This document shows, piece after piece, positions 42,822-53,669 of a stretch of DNA of 64,000 bases (positions are counted from its first letter, which is position 1; every line of letters starts with the position of its first letter). The position numbers and the translations under genes were made by a program. The DNA comes from Alphaproteobacteria bacterium (GTDB lineage Bacteria > Pseudomonadota > Alphaproteobacteria > SHVV01). Where the stretch lies: positions 480,001 through 544,000 of the forward strand of contig OZ253470.1 of the NCBI GenBank assembly GCA_965261735.1, written 5' to 3'. The notes under the pieces are model-generated. The model was not told the origin of the DNA and searched no databases. It saw only the letters and a program-made list of their open reading frames with translations.

Positions 42822-43030
42822 TCACGCCGCCTCGAAATATCGCCCGGTCAAGCGGTCGTAGCGCAGCGTCACGGAACCGATTTGGCCGATCGACTTGAAC
42901 CGGACCTTGCGCACGTGGATTTCCGTCTTTGGCGGCATCACGCTCGGTTGCGATGCCCGACAACACCGATGTCGGCCTTGTTCACCCAATGCGCGCTGCC
43001 GGAGATGTCGTACCACGACACTCGTCGCGC
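42822..43030 (-). pseudogene. C-terminal remnant of a Twinkle/T7 gp4-like primase-helicase
   Basis: YDISGSAHWVNKADIGVVGHR | TEIHVRKVRFKSIGQIGSVTLRYDRLTGRY. Confidence 0.65.
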
Positions 43031-43173
43031 AAGTCGATACGGCATTGTAGGGGCACCGCGCCACCCCAAGATCGCAATTCTAGACCGGCCTTCCGCATCG
43101 ACGAGGTTGAGACCATAGCGCAGCAGGAAGTAGAGATCAGTTTGACAGAGTGTCCTTAGCTTCGCTATCCGCG

Positions 43174-43205
43174 GGTCGCAGGTTCGAATCCTGCCGGGCG
43201 CGCCA
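43174..43205 (+). other. 3' tRNA fragment (probably tRNA-Arg), likely att site
   Basis: GGTCGCAGGTTCGAATCCTGCCGGGCGCGCCA (T arm, acceptor 3' strand, CCA); no 5' half upstream; integrase follows. Confidence 0.75.
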
Positions 43206-43330
43206 AAGATTCCAACCGAAAAAATCAATGATTTCCCGAGGTTTTGGTCGGTGTTATGCTCGAAATACAGTCTTGTATCGTCCCATATCCTCCCGTATAA
43301 TCTCGTTCTTAATGTGGGATTAGATGAGGG

Positions 43331-44581
43331 GTGGATAAAATGGAGATACGCACGGAAGGCACCCCGAGGCGGCGCAAACCGCACGGAAAGCACCCCGAGG
43401 CGGCGCTGACAGCCGCCAAGGTCAGAACCGCCGGGACAGGCCGCTACGCAGACGGCAACGGGCTGTTCCTGCAAGTTGATCCGTCGGGCGCACGGCGGTG
43501 GGTACAGCGCATCGTGATTCGTGGGAAACGCCGCGATCTCGGGCTCGGCAGTTGTTCTCTGGTCACGCTCGCCGAAGCTCGCGAACTCGCGCGAGAGAAT
43601 CGCAAGATCGCTCGCAACGGCGGCGACCCACACAGGAACCGACAAACCCGGATCGTCCCGACACTCGCCGAAGCCTTCGAGGCGGTGGTTGCGATCCGCC
43701 GCCCCACGTGGACGGACGGCGGCAAGTCCGAAGGTCAGTGGCGCGCGTCGTTCCGCGATTACGTTTTCCCGCGCTTGGACCGGCAACCGGTCGACTCCAT
43801 TGACACGCCCGATGTGTTGGCCGTCCTCACACCGCTTTGGAGCGCGAAACCCATGACGGGGAAGCGCGTCCGCCAGAGGTTCGGCACTGTGATGAAGTGG
43901 GCTATCGCGCAAGGCTTTCGCTCCGACAATCCCGCAGGTGACGCCATTGCCTTAGCGCTTCCAACGAAGAACGGCGGTACGAGGGCGCATCACGCGGCTC
44001 TTCCCTGGAACGAGGTACCCCGCTTCCTCGAGTGCTTGCACGTCGCCAAGACGCGGCCTCTCGTCAAGTCCGCCATCGAGTTCGCCATACTGACGGCTGC
44101 GCGTTCGGGCGAAGTCCGGTTGGCAACCTGGGCCGAAATCGACGTGGACGCGCGGGTGTGGACGATCCCCGCCGAGCGCATGAAGGCAGGCCGCGAGCAC
44201 CGGGTTCCTCTGTCGGTACGCGCGCTGGCCATCCTCGACGAGGCACGCACCCTCGACGACGGAAGCAGTCTGATCTTCCCGTCGTCGCGGCGCGGGCGTC
44301 CGATGGATGCCGCGCGGCTGTTGAGGCCGCTTCGTAACTTGGGCTTCGACGCAACTCTCCACGGGTTCCGCTCATCGTTCCGTGACTGGTGCGGTGAGGC
44401 CACGAACACCCCGCGCGAAGTCGCCGAGGCGGCGTTGGCACACGTGGTATCGAACGCGGCAGAAGCGGCCTACGCACGCTCCGACCTGTTCGAGAAGCGC
44501 CGCCCACTGATGGATCGGTGGGCCGCGTTCATCGCCGGCGAGGATGGCAGGATCATCCCCATGGCGGCTCGGCGTGACTGA
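43331..44581 (+). CDS. P4-like tyrosine integrase
   Basis: DGNGLFL arm-binding domain; TAARSGE, MKAGREHRVPL, HGFRSSFRDW, LAH, AYAR. Confidence 0.93.
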   Translation: MDKMEIRTEGTPRRRKPHGKHPEAALTAAKVRTAGTGRYADGNGLFLQVDPSGARRWVQRIVIRGKRRDLGLGSCSLVTLAEARELARENRKIARNGGDPHRNRQTRIVPTLAEAFEAVVAIRRPTWTDGGKSEGQWRASFRDYVFPRLDRQPVDSIDTPDVLAVLTPLWSAKPMTGKRVRQRFGTVMKWAIAQGFRSDNPAGDAIALALPTKNGGTRAHHAALPWNEVPRFLECLHVAKTRPLVKSAIEFAILTAARSGEVRLATWAEIDVDARVWTIPAERMKAGREHRVPLSVRALAILDEARTLDDGSSLIFPSSRRGRPMDAARLLRPLRNLGFDATLHGFRSSFRDWCGEATNTPREVAEAALAHVVSNAAEAAYARSDLFEKRRPLMDRWAAFIAGEDGRIIPMAARRD

Positions 44582-44831
44582 GGACGCCGGAACAAGCGGG
44601 CCGGAAGGGATGGATTCCGCCCGGCATGTGCTCGACTGGGGTCCACCGCCCTGCCCCAAGGGAGGTCTCGCGGACAGAAAGGATGTCGTCGTTGCGGAGA
44701 TTCGCGAATTGTGGACGAGCTTCGATAAGGTGGACATACCCGCAGCCATCGCTGCCGCACTGATTCAGTGGGCCGTACAGCATCCCCCTGGCGACAAGCC
44801 GTTCCCCGTCATCCGGGGAGGCGCGGCATGA
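44544..44831 (+). CDS. Hypothetical protein in integrated element
   Basis: ORF directly after integrase; start uncertain. Confidence 0.35.
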   Translation: MAGSSPWRLGVTEDAGTSGPEGMDSARHVLDWGPPPCPKGGLADRKDVVVAEIRELWTSFDKVDIPAAIAAALIQWAVQHPPGDKPFPVIRGGAA

Positions 44832-44856
44832 TCCCGATACCCACGACGGATTCAAG

Positions 44857-45249
44857 TTGGCAAATAGGCTCCTCGAGGGGCGCAACGTGATGCTGGGCGC
44901 CGACGCACTTAAGCGGCACGACCCAGTCCCTGACATCATCATCCAAGGTGCTAACTTACCGACGAAACGCAGGCGCGGATCCCAGCCCAAGCCGGAACGC
45001 TGCGAGTTCTTAGCGATCGAGGTTGCGAAAGCGTCATGGGTCACCGGCCTGAAGCTGACGCGCGAAGACGCCGAGGCGCCCGATGAACACACGTCGACAA
45101 GTGATATCCCCAGCGCTGTCGACCTTGTCGCGCGCGCGACCCAATTTTCCTACCGACATGTCTTGGAAGCTTGGTCCACCCCTATTGATGGCCGACTCGC
45201 TCGGTATCTCTTGGAACGGTGGGAGCGCGAATCGAACGAACCTGGTTGA
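44857..45249 (+). CDS. Hypothetical protein in integrated element
   Basis: ORF between integrase and alpA; TTG start uncertain. Confidence 0.35.
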   Translation: MANRLLEGRNVMLGADALKRHDPVPDIIIQGANLPTKRRRGSQPKPERCEFLAIEVAKASWVTGLKLTREDAEAPDEHTSTSDIPSAVDLVARATQFSYRHVLEAWSTPIDGRLARYLLERWERESNEPG

Positions 45250-45346
45250 ACGACGGTGAAGTCAAATAGGATTTGAGTTCACACGACATGCGGAACAATT
45301 CGGGGTGATAGTGCGTGGCAGATGTTCACTCACGATAGAGGCACCA

Positions 45347-46761
45347 ATGAAGACCTCCGCCAAACCGACCACGATTGACCCCATGTTGAAACCTAGCGAA
45401 GTCGAGCAGATGGTCGGCCTGTCTAGTGGATTGATTCCAACGTTTGGAACCCTCTGTTTCGTGCGGCGATGATATGATCGGGGTCGGCTTTCCAGATGAA
45501 GGGTTTTGGGTTTGCGTCATTGTATTCGCGGACAAATCGGTTGATGGCGGCCTGAAGGTCGACGACGGATTGGAAGACGCCGTATTTGAGCCTGCGCCGC
45601 GTTAGTTTGGCGAAGAAGCCCTCGACGGCATTGAGCCACGAGCACGAGGTTGGCGTGAAGTGGAAGGTCCAGCGTGGATGGCGGGCGAGCCAGGCGCGGA
45701 CCTTGTCCTTCTTGTGCGCGGCGTAGTTGTCGAGGATGACGTGGACGGCCTTGTCCGTCGGCACCTCGCGCTCGATGCGGTTGAGGAAGCGGATGAACTC
45801 CTGATGGCGGTGGCGCTGCATGTTCTGTGCGATGACCGTACCGTCCAGCACGTTGAGCGCGGCGAACAGCGTCGTCGTGCCATGCCGTTTGTAATCATAG
45901 GTCATCGTACCGGCGCGGCCCTTCTTCATCGGCAAGCCGGGTTGGGTGCGGTCGAGCGCCTGGATCTGTGATTTCTCATCAACCGACAGCACCACGGCAT
46001 GGGCCGGCGGATCGACATACAAGCCGACGATATCTGTGAGCTTCTCGGCGAAGGCGGGATCATTGGAGAGCTTGAAGTGCCGCCAGCGGTGCGGGCTGAG
46101 GCCATGGGCCTTCCAGATCGCTTGGACCGTCGACGCCGCGACGCCAGCAACCTTCGCCATCGCGCGCAGCGTCCAGTGGGTCGCCTCGTGCGGCGGCGCT
46201 TGCTGGGTCAGGCGGACGATCTCGGCGACGCGCTCCGGCGGGATCGGCGCTTTGCCAGGCGGACGGGACCTGTCGCGAAGCAAGCCGTTGACACCCTCGT
46301 GCATGAACCGCTCCTGCCAGCGCCAGACACAGGTCTTGGACTTGCCGGTCTCGGCCATGATCGACGAGTTCCCGAGCCCCTCGTCGCTCTTCAGGATGAT
46401 CCGCGCCCGCCAGACATGTTTCTGCGAGCTCTTCGGGTCCGCGACGATAGCTTGCAATCGCTGACGGTCGCCAGACGTGACAGTAAAATGGATGCCGGTG
46501 CGCATAGCACAGACTCGCATGACACCGCACAATACGGAATCTCAAATCGGACTCTTTCGTTCCGATCAATCCACTAGACAGCGCTTGTACGTCTTAATGA
46601 AGGACAAAGCTGATCCCTTTCCCGTCGGAGTGCGGGTAGGCCACCGAGCAGTCCGGTGGAGAATGTCCGAGGTCGAGGCGTGGTTGTCGCGCCGCCCCAC
46701 CGCCGGGCCACGCAATTTCGTGGGAGTGGGAAACATCCACACTCACGCAGCGGCAGAATGA
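45347..46761 (+). pseudogene. AlpA-family regulator/excisionase split by IS630
   Basis: MKTSAKPTTIDPMLKPSEVEQMVGLS|RQRLYVLMK...FP.GVRVGHRAVRWRMSEVEAWL rejoins in frame. Confidence 0.85.
45426..46574 (-). mobile_element. IS630-family element (transposase 45423-46505)
   Basis: IRs GTGGATTGAT / ATCAATCCAC, TA duplication at CTAG; VDEKSQIQAL, LDNY, SWLNAVE. Confidence 0.93.
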
Positions 46762-46765
46762 CCCG

Positions 46766-47179
46766 ATGGCTACGAAACGAAGACGCTTGCCCGGTGTGGT
46801 CCACCGGGGCGGGCGCTGTGCTTCATATTCGAGTCCACGAGAAGCGACCGCAACAGTGGCCCGCGCCGGCACCCGCGGCAAGGCTGGTCCGGACTTCGCG
46901 GAAGTTAACGCGGCCGCGCTCGCATGTCTCCCGGCGCTGTGTGCTCGCTGGCTTCCGGACGGCTTTCGACGCGGCAACGAGTGGATAGCCAAAAACCCGA
47001 GGCGCGAGGACCGGCGGCCGGGATCATTCTCCATCAACCTGACGACGGGCCGGTGGGCCGACTTTGCGCTTCCCGACGCCAAGGGTGGCGATCCGATAAG
47101 CCTTACCGCGTATCTCGCCGGCCTGTCGCAAGCCGAGGCGGCACGCAATCTTGCCGAAATGCTGAGGGTGGCGTCATGA
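46766..47179 (+). CDS. Primase N-terminal-like protein of a phage satellite/plasmid
   Basis: WLPDG...GNEW...NP.R.D..PGSFSINL.TG.WADFA...GGDPISL.AYL. Confidence 0.65.
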   Translation: MATKRRRLPGVVHRGGRCASYSSPREATATVARAGTRGKAGPDFAEVNAAALACLPALCARWLPDGFRRGNEWIAKNPRREDRRPGSFSINLTTGRWADFALPDAKGGDPISLTAYLAGLSQAEAARNLAEMLRVAS

Positions 47180-47485
47180 CAGACTTCGGCAAGGGCAAGA
47201 TGTTCCACCGCCTGTCTCCAGACGATCGCCGGGCGGGCGAACACGCCGTACGCGCTGGCGAGAAGGACGATTACACGCCGGTCATCCCTGTTCCGAAAGA
47301 CGCGCCCGCCCCCGATTGGAACAAATTGCGACCGAAGGAAGCCATCGGCGATCCGGTGGGGACCTGGCGCTACCACACGGCGGAAAACGAGCTTGCTTCC
47401 TATGTGGCCCGGTGGGAGCCCAAGGACCCTAACGGCCGCAAGAAGAAGGTCATCCGCCCCGCGACCTGGAACGGCACCGAGTTCT
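47176..47485 (+). pseudogene. Truncated replication/primase-associated protein
   Basis: PVIPVP.DAP, WRYHT, YVARWE, KKVIRPATW, then breaks into unrelated DNA; end approximate. Confidence 0.5.
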
Positions 47486-47748
47486 TTTTCGGGGCCCTCG
47501 CAGGTCGCCAGTATCTGCGCGAGATCGCCGTAAAGTTCGGCCCGGAGGCCACCCTCGACGGGCGTCAGCACGATCCGGTCGATCAGGCTGCGGATGATCT
47601 CGGTCGCCTCGGCCTTGATCGCGGGCTCGTTGAGCGCCTCGGTGATGCGTTCCACCTTGTCACGGTAGACCTCACCCAGCTTCGGATGCAGGCGCAGTAA
47701 CGGCGCAGGACCGGTCCGCGCCAGGTCTTCCTCGAGATCGACCTTCTG
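47485..47748 (-). pseudogene. C-terminal fragment of a large serine recombinase
   Basis: LHPKLGEVYRDKV...EIIRSLIDRIVLTP....AELYGDLAQIL. Confidence 0.65.
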
Positions 47749-48620
47749 ACGCTTGCCGCTCTCCGGCATGGGGCCGAGATAGAGGGTCTTCAGGCGCTTG
47801 CCCTCGGCGTCGTGGAAGGAGACCGTGCCGCAGGCGGCCTCGCGCCAGGAGGCCTTGGCGCGACCGTCCTCGCCGGGTCTCAGCGGCACCATGACGCCGT
47901 CGAGGGAGACCGAGGCGGGTCGCGTCCTGCGGTATGCCCTCGGCCTCACGGATGCTGCCCAGCGTCTCCGGGCCGAGGCTCTCCCAGCATTCGTGCATGC
48001 TCAGGGTCAGGCGCTCACCGACGGCGTCATGGCGCCGGTCTTCGCAAAGAACGCCGCCGCTTCCCGGGCCGTGCAGCGACCCATCATCAGCAGACCGAGC
48101 TCGGCCGCCGGCCGCGTCAGGTAATCGTCGACGAGGCCCAGGCTCTCGTCGACCGGCACCGGCGATGCCCCGCTCGCGCCGCTGCGGTAACGCGCTCGCC
48201 GGTAGGTCACCGGACCGAGCGAGGTCATGATCGTCTTCGGCGTCACCGCGACCCGGAACCAGCTCTGCCCGTCCCGCTCGATCCGGGAAGCGCCATCGTC
48301 CCGGTTCTCGATGACGGCGCCCATGACATCGCGAGCGAACTCGTTCGTGGCCTCACGCACCCGCAACTCGACCTCCTCGGGCGCCTCGGGGCGCGGCTCG
48401 GAACGAAGCTCCTCGCGACACAGTGCGAGCACCCGGGCGGCCGCCTCGACGACCCGAGGAGGCAGGCCGGAAAGATCGATGGACGAAGGCGCCGGAGGCG
48501 GGGATACTGCCATGGGAATGCCCCCGATGTTGGGTTTCGAGACACGGCATCGTACCGCTTCTGGCGGTGCGGAGCGTTCCCACCTTCCCCTGCTCGACCC
48601 TGCCGTCGTGACAAAATCCT
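47749..48620 (-). mobile_element. Degraded ISKra4-like (UPF0236) transposase
   Basis: MTSLGPV.YRRARYR, PVDESLG, VSLDGVMVP, WREAACGTVSF, MPESGK in several frames; ends approximate. Confidence 0.6.
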
Positions 48621-48718
48621 GCCTTGGAGCGGCCCATTGTCACGAATAGCCGTTTTCGGCCGTTCGTCTCGACACAAAAACCGCACTAAATCAATGACTT
48701 GGATTTTCCATACCAGAC

Positions 48719-49338
48719 CCACACCCGGCGTGCCGGCGCTTCTACACCTCCTCGACGGCGAGACGATAGCGCGGCCGCCGTTTGCGCCGCCGGTCCTCAA
48801 GGCGGGCAAGCTCATTATCGCTCAAACCAGTAACATCCTAATGTACCTCGGCACACGCCATCGTTTAGCGCCGGCAAGCGAAGCAGGACGGATGTGGGCG
48901 CTCCAGCTGCAGCTGACGATCGCCGACCTCGTTCAGGAGGCACACGACACCCACCACCCAATCTCCGGAGGCCTGTACTACGAGGAGCAGCGTCGCGAGG
49001 CCCGACAACGCACCGCCGAATTTCTGAAGACACGAGCACCGAAGTACCTTGGCTACTTCGAGCGTGTACTGGCCCGCAACCCGGCCAGCGACCGGTATCT
49101 GATCGGGGGAAAGCTCACATACCCCGATCTCTCGCTGTTTCAGGTCGTCGCCGGGTTGCGCTATGCGATCCCGCGCGCAATGGCTCGCTTCGAGAAGAAG
49201 CATCCTCGGACCGTGGCCTTACATAACAGCGTGGCTGCACGTCCCCGCATCGCCGACTACTTGGCCTCGAAGCGTCGGATCCCGTTCAACCAGGAGGGCA
49301 TCTTCCGTTACTACAAAGAGCTCGACGCCAACGCCTAG
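48719..49338 (+). pseudogene. Glutathione S-transferase lacking its N-terminus
   Basis: PPFAPP.LK, QT.NIL.YLG, HDTHHPI...LYYEEQ, TY.DLSLFQ, GIFRYY.ELD; no start. Confidence 0.75.
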
Positions 49339-49515
49339 ACCCTGTATCGCATCCGCTGATGCGGTGGCTCGCACTCACAGGCGTTGGTCTGCGCCGTCAC
49401 CCTGGTCGCAGAAGCCCGCATGGGCGCTCTCATGCGCATGGGGGCAAAGCGGACATTACCGCTCGAAGGTCGCCTTTCGGGGGTAGAGCGGTCGTACCGG
49501 CGACCCGGTAGGGAC

Positions 49516-52023
49516 CTCGCCTATCCGGTTTACACCCACACCCACTAGGGCTAGAATGGGCGCAACCCGGATATAGGGGAGCGCGCCATGGATGTTCTCG
49601 ACCGCGCCGATCTCCCATTCCCGCATTCGCTACCCGAGTTCCAGCGACTTTTCCCCGATGATGCGGCCTGCGCCGCCTACCTGGAGAAAGCCCGCTGGGG
49701 AGACGGCTTTGCCTGCCCGCACTGCGGCACGGCGGGAGAGCCGTTCCACTTTGAAAACCGCCCTGGCGTCCTGCGCTGCCGCAAGTGCCGCCAGAACACC
49801 GGGCTGACGGTGGGAACAGTGATGGAGCGTAGCCACACTCCGCTGAACGTCTGGTTCTGGGCCGCTTATCTGGTCGCCAGTCAGACGCCCGGCATGTCCG
49901 CCGTGCAGTTTCAGCGGCAACTTGGTCTTTCGCGCTACGAGACGGCCTTTCAAATTCTCCACAAGCTCCGCTCGGGCATGGTGCGGCCCAACCAAGACAG
50001 GATCGGTGGACAGCCCAAGAACCATGTTGAGGTGGACGAAACCTGGGTTGGCGGGCGAACGCGTGGGGAAGGCCGTGGTGTTCACCACAAGGTTCCCGTC
50101 TCCTGTGCCATCGAGGTGCGTCATCGAAAGCCGGGCACCAAGCTCGACAACCGGAAAGACGGACGCTATGCCGGATGCGTTCGGCTCGCCGTCGTGCTCG
50201 ACCGTAGCGCCGAGTCGCTCTGTGGGTTCGTCGAGAGCACCGTCGCGCCGGGATGGTTGTGTCTCGAAAGTGGTGGAAATTGGTTTTGGCGCCTCTCCGA
50301 GCGGGTTGAGTTTTGCGGCGGTCAGGCTGCGCGGTCAAGGGTTTCGTCGGCGATTAGCTGATCGAGGGTTTCCCATCCATCGACTTTGCGCATCTGGATT
50401 TGGCCGGAAGCGAGGAGTGCCCAGAGGAGCATCGGCACTGTTTCGGGACACGGCAGCACGGTCTGTGTTTTGATCCGGCGCTTGAACTCCTCGTTGAGAC
50501 GCTCAATGGCGTTGGTCGTTCGGGCTGATTTCCATTGGCTCTTGGACAGGCGCGTGAAGGTAAAGAGCTTGTCGCCCGCTTCTGCGAGGCTGTCCGCGAC
50601 GGCCCTGCATTTCAGCCGCCACTTGCGGACAAACGCCTTGCGGCGGGTTTCCACCTCGGAGGCAGTGTCGGCATAGATCATATCGCGGTAATCTTCGCTC
50701 AGCTCGTCATGCATGTGTTTGGGAGCATGACCCAGAAGGTTGCGGTGCTTGTGCACGGTGCAGCGTTGAACGGGAAGGTCATCGCCCCAAAGCGCCGACA
50801 GAGCCGCCTCCAGTCCCGGCGCGCCATCGACGATGACAAACCCGGGCCGTTTCAGTCCACGCGCATCAAGGTCGTCGAGGAACTGGCGCCACGCCGCCTG
50901 GCTTTCTCCGCCCATATTCCCGATCGAAAGCAAGACCTTCTGGCCATCCCGGCGCACCCCTATAGCCGCGAGAACCGAGATGTTGGTGGCCTTGCGGTCC
51001 AGTCGGGTCTTGATCACAGTGCCGTCAAGGATCAGCCGAACGATATCCTCATCCGCGAGGCCACGGCTGCACCAGGCGTCCCAATCGACCTTCACCTTGC
51101 GCCACGCCCGGCTCACAACGTCCTTGCTCACAGCACCCCGGAAGAGCCCGAACAGCGCGCGTTTCACCCGCCGCGTGTTGGTTCCGGACAGATACACCGA
51201 AGCGATCAGCGCCTCGGCCTTTCTGGTCAGCCGCTGGTAGCGCGGCAGCGCCCGCGAACGCCATTCCGACGCCCGACCGTCTTCCTCAACGATCCGCGCA
51301 CGCGGCACGCTCACCCTCTCGGTCCCGAATGTCCCCGTCAGTTGCCGCTCCCGGTGCCCGTTCCGATACCCTTGCCGAAGCGCGTCCTCTCGACCGTATC
51401 GGCAGCGCCCGAGAAACTGCGCAAGTTCCTCCTCAAAAACGGCCTCGATCGTGGATCTGATGTTCTCCCGCAGCCGGTCCTCGAGCGGATCATAGCCGGC
51501 GTCATTGGCCAGTAGCGAAAGCGCGGAAGTCTCGGTAGTGTTCTTCATGGCGTGATCTCCTTGGCGGTGCTAGCCGCCGATTGGGTGGTTGTCTTGTCAC
51601 CCGGAGATTACGCCATCCTCAAATTTCCACCACTTTCGAGACACAGCCCGCCGGGATCGCTGATCGTTACTGACGATTGGAGCGGCTATGCTGGCCTCGG
51701 TAAGCGCGGCTATGAGCACTTCGCTGTTGCCGAGTGTGGTGATCCAGAGGTTGCCGAGCAATACCTGCCGATCATCCATCTGGTTTTCGCCAACCTGAAG
51801 ACGTGGCTGATCGGTATCCACCACGGCGTTAGCCACCAGCACCTACAAGCCTACCTCAACGAGTTCACCTTCCGCTTCAACAGGCGGTTCTACCCGTTCA
51901 ACGCCTTCCGCTCATTGCTCGGCATCGCGGGCGACACCTCTGCTCCAACCTATGCCGAGCTTTACTCGGGAGAGTGGCGGCACCCTACATGTAGCGGTCA
52001 TGGGCGTTAACCGGATAGGCAAG
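49516..52023 (+). mobile_element. IS1595-family element, copy 3, interrupted by IS256
   Basis: 8-bp TSD GTAGGGAC; left IR variant CTCGCC; 1105 bp after removing the nested IS and its TSD. Confidence 0.93.
50255..51648 (-). mobile_element. IS256-family element A, copy 2 (transposase 50322-51548)
   Basis: 1394 bp, protein identical to copy 1; 9-bp TSD CGCCGGGAT. Confidence 0.95.
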
Positions 52024-52252
52024 GTAGGGACTTCGCCTCTTAGCCAGCAGCAGACCTGGCGCAGACCTGGCGCACACCGCTGCATAGGTCCGCTCCCGGC
52101 CCTGAAGCGGGCATGATCGGCCGGAAAGCGGACATCCCGTCACCAGTGTTGGGTTGATGTACGATGCCCATGCTCCCCGACTCCGCCGAGCCCCCGGGCA
52201 CTCTCTGCGGTGCCTCGAGGTTGCCGCGCATCCTTGCGATTGAAGCGGGTGG

Positions 52253-52696
52253 TCAGCCCGTGGGCGCGGTGATCAGATAGACGCCGCGTCCGCTCGCGAC
52301 CAGCTTGCCGTCGGCGCCGCACACGGTGGCCTCGGCGCTCGAAAGCGTCCTTCCCAGGCGCAGCACCCGCCCGCGCGCGGTCAGATCACCCTTCGTCGCC
52401 GCGCCATGGTAGTCGATCCGCACGTCGATCGTGCGCACGCTGCGGCCCAGTTTGGCGGCGATGGCGTAATCGGCTGTCGTGTCGACGATGGCGGCCAGGA
52501 TTCCGCCGTGAGCATAGCCGCGAGCCGGATTGACGACGTACTCCTCGCGCCAGCTCACGCCGATTTCGATCGCCTCCTCGTCGAGGTTCAAGAGCCTGAC
52601 GCCGAGCCAGCGGTGGAACGGTGCCATTCGCAGCATTTCCTCAAGCCGCTCGGCGTCCACGACATTAGGTGCCATCGCCTCACTCCGTTCGCTCAT
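52253..52696 (-). CDS. PaaI-family thioesterase
   Basis: PFHRWLG, HGGILAAIVD, TID.RIDY, VASGRGVY. Confidence 0.88.
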   Translation of the reverse strand: MSERSEAMAPNVVDAERLEEMLRMAPFHRWLGVRLLNLDEEAIEIGVSWREEYVVNPARGYAHGGILAAIVDTTADYAIAAKLGRSVRTIDVRIDYHGAATKGDLTARGRVLRLGRTLSSAEATVCGADGKLVASGRGVYLITAPTG

Positions 52697-52718
52697 GTCG
52701 CGCAACATCACTTCCAGA

Positions 52719-53657
52719 TCATCGTACCGCCACGGCGCCCCTCACGGCATCCCACAAGGGAGGCTGCTCCCGGTCGTGGAAGACGAGGGTAAGGCCGAAG
52801 GCGTTGGGGGTGTTGACACGAAGCGTTTCGCGCGCCGGCCCCGCCCACGGGTGGTCGGCCATGGCGAGCCGGCGACGGGTCATCTCGATGTCGGCCGAAC
52901 GGAGCGACGCCGCGGCGACGTAGGGCGGATCGGGTATGTCCCCGACCGGCAGCAACGCGCGCAGGCGATCGGGAGTGACAAAGCAGATATGGCCGCGATC
53001 GAGCGGCAGAACGGCCATGCCGTCGCTCCGATGTCCCGGCCCACCCGTGAACCAACAGTAGCGATCAAGCGCCTCGTACGGCTCCTCGACGCAGACGACG
53101 AGTCCGGTCAGCGCTTCGGCAGCGTTGTCGTGGTCGAGAAAGCGGGGCTGCCAAGTGAGTTCGGGTGTGTGGTGGGTGACGACTTGGACGCGCCCTTCGG
53201 CCATGGCGTCGAGCGCCAAGCGTACCAGGGTGAACCGCGCCGTTGATTCGCCGGTCGGTGTGGCCACGCGTCGATCGAGCCGGGTGAGCGGCAGCATCGG
53301 TAGGCCCCGGGCGACGCAGGCGTCGTGCCGCCCGACCGGATCATTGCCCGCCAGGGCGATGAGGTGCGCGCCCTGATGACGCGCAAGTCGCGCCACTATC
53401 CACTCGGTCAGCGGCCCCTCGCCCACCGGCGCGAGCAGCTCCAGGTAGCCCTCGCGCAGCATAACGCACCGGTTGCCCGTCCCACTCGGTAGGGCGACAC
53501 CGTCCGGGCCCGCCATCGCGTGGGCAGCAAAGGGCGTCACGGTGAAGCCCAGCCGCCGTGCGAACTCGGCCGCCGCTTCGTGATCGGAGACGACAATGCC
53601 GACGTGGTCGAGGAACAACTCATTGCCGTGGGGGACGAGGCGGCCTGCGGTGACCAT
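52719..53657 (-). CDS. VOC/glyoxalase-like protein
   Basis: LDHVG, LGF.VTP, GTGNRCVML..GYLELL, H.TPEL.WQ...H.N. Confidence 0.82.
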   Translation of the reverse strand: MVTAGRLVPHGNELFLDHVGIVVSDHEAAAEFARRLGFTVTPFAAHAMAGPDGVALPSGTGNRCVMLREGYLELLAPVGEGPLTEWIVARLARHQGAHLIALAGNDPVGRHDACVARGLPMLPLTRLDRRVATPTGESTARFTLVRLALDAMAEGRVQVVTHHTPELTWQPRFLDHDNAAEALTGLVVCVEEPYEALDRYCWFTGGPGHRSDGMAVLPLDRGHICFVTPDRLRALLPVGDIPDPPYVAAASLRSADIEMTRRRLAMADHPWAGPARETLRVNTPNAFGLTLVFHDREQPPLWDAVRGAVAVR

Positions 53658-53669
53658 CGGCGCCTCGGC

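Larger units (their letters stand above)
49427..52135. repeat. Array of ~29-nt imperfect palindromes (49427-49515 and 52024-52135), split by IS1595 copy 3
   Basis: Units such as AGGTCCGCT-CCCGGCCCTGA-AGCGGGCAT and ends AAAGCGGACAT; ~75 bp aligns with 57902-57977. Confidence 0.6.

Noticed and set aside
43140-43205. Complete tRNA upstream of the integrase
   Set aside because: No D arm or 5' acceptor strand complementary to GGGCGC; reported only as a 3' fragment.
46594-49338. 451-aa and 508-aa ORFs as novel fusion proteins
   Set aside because: Chance read-through across transposase, recombinase, antisense primase and GST debris.
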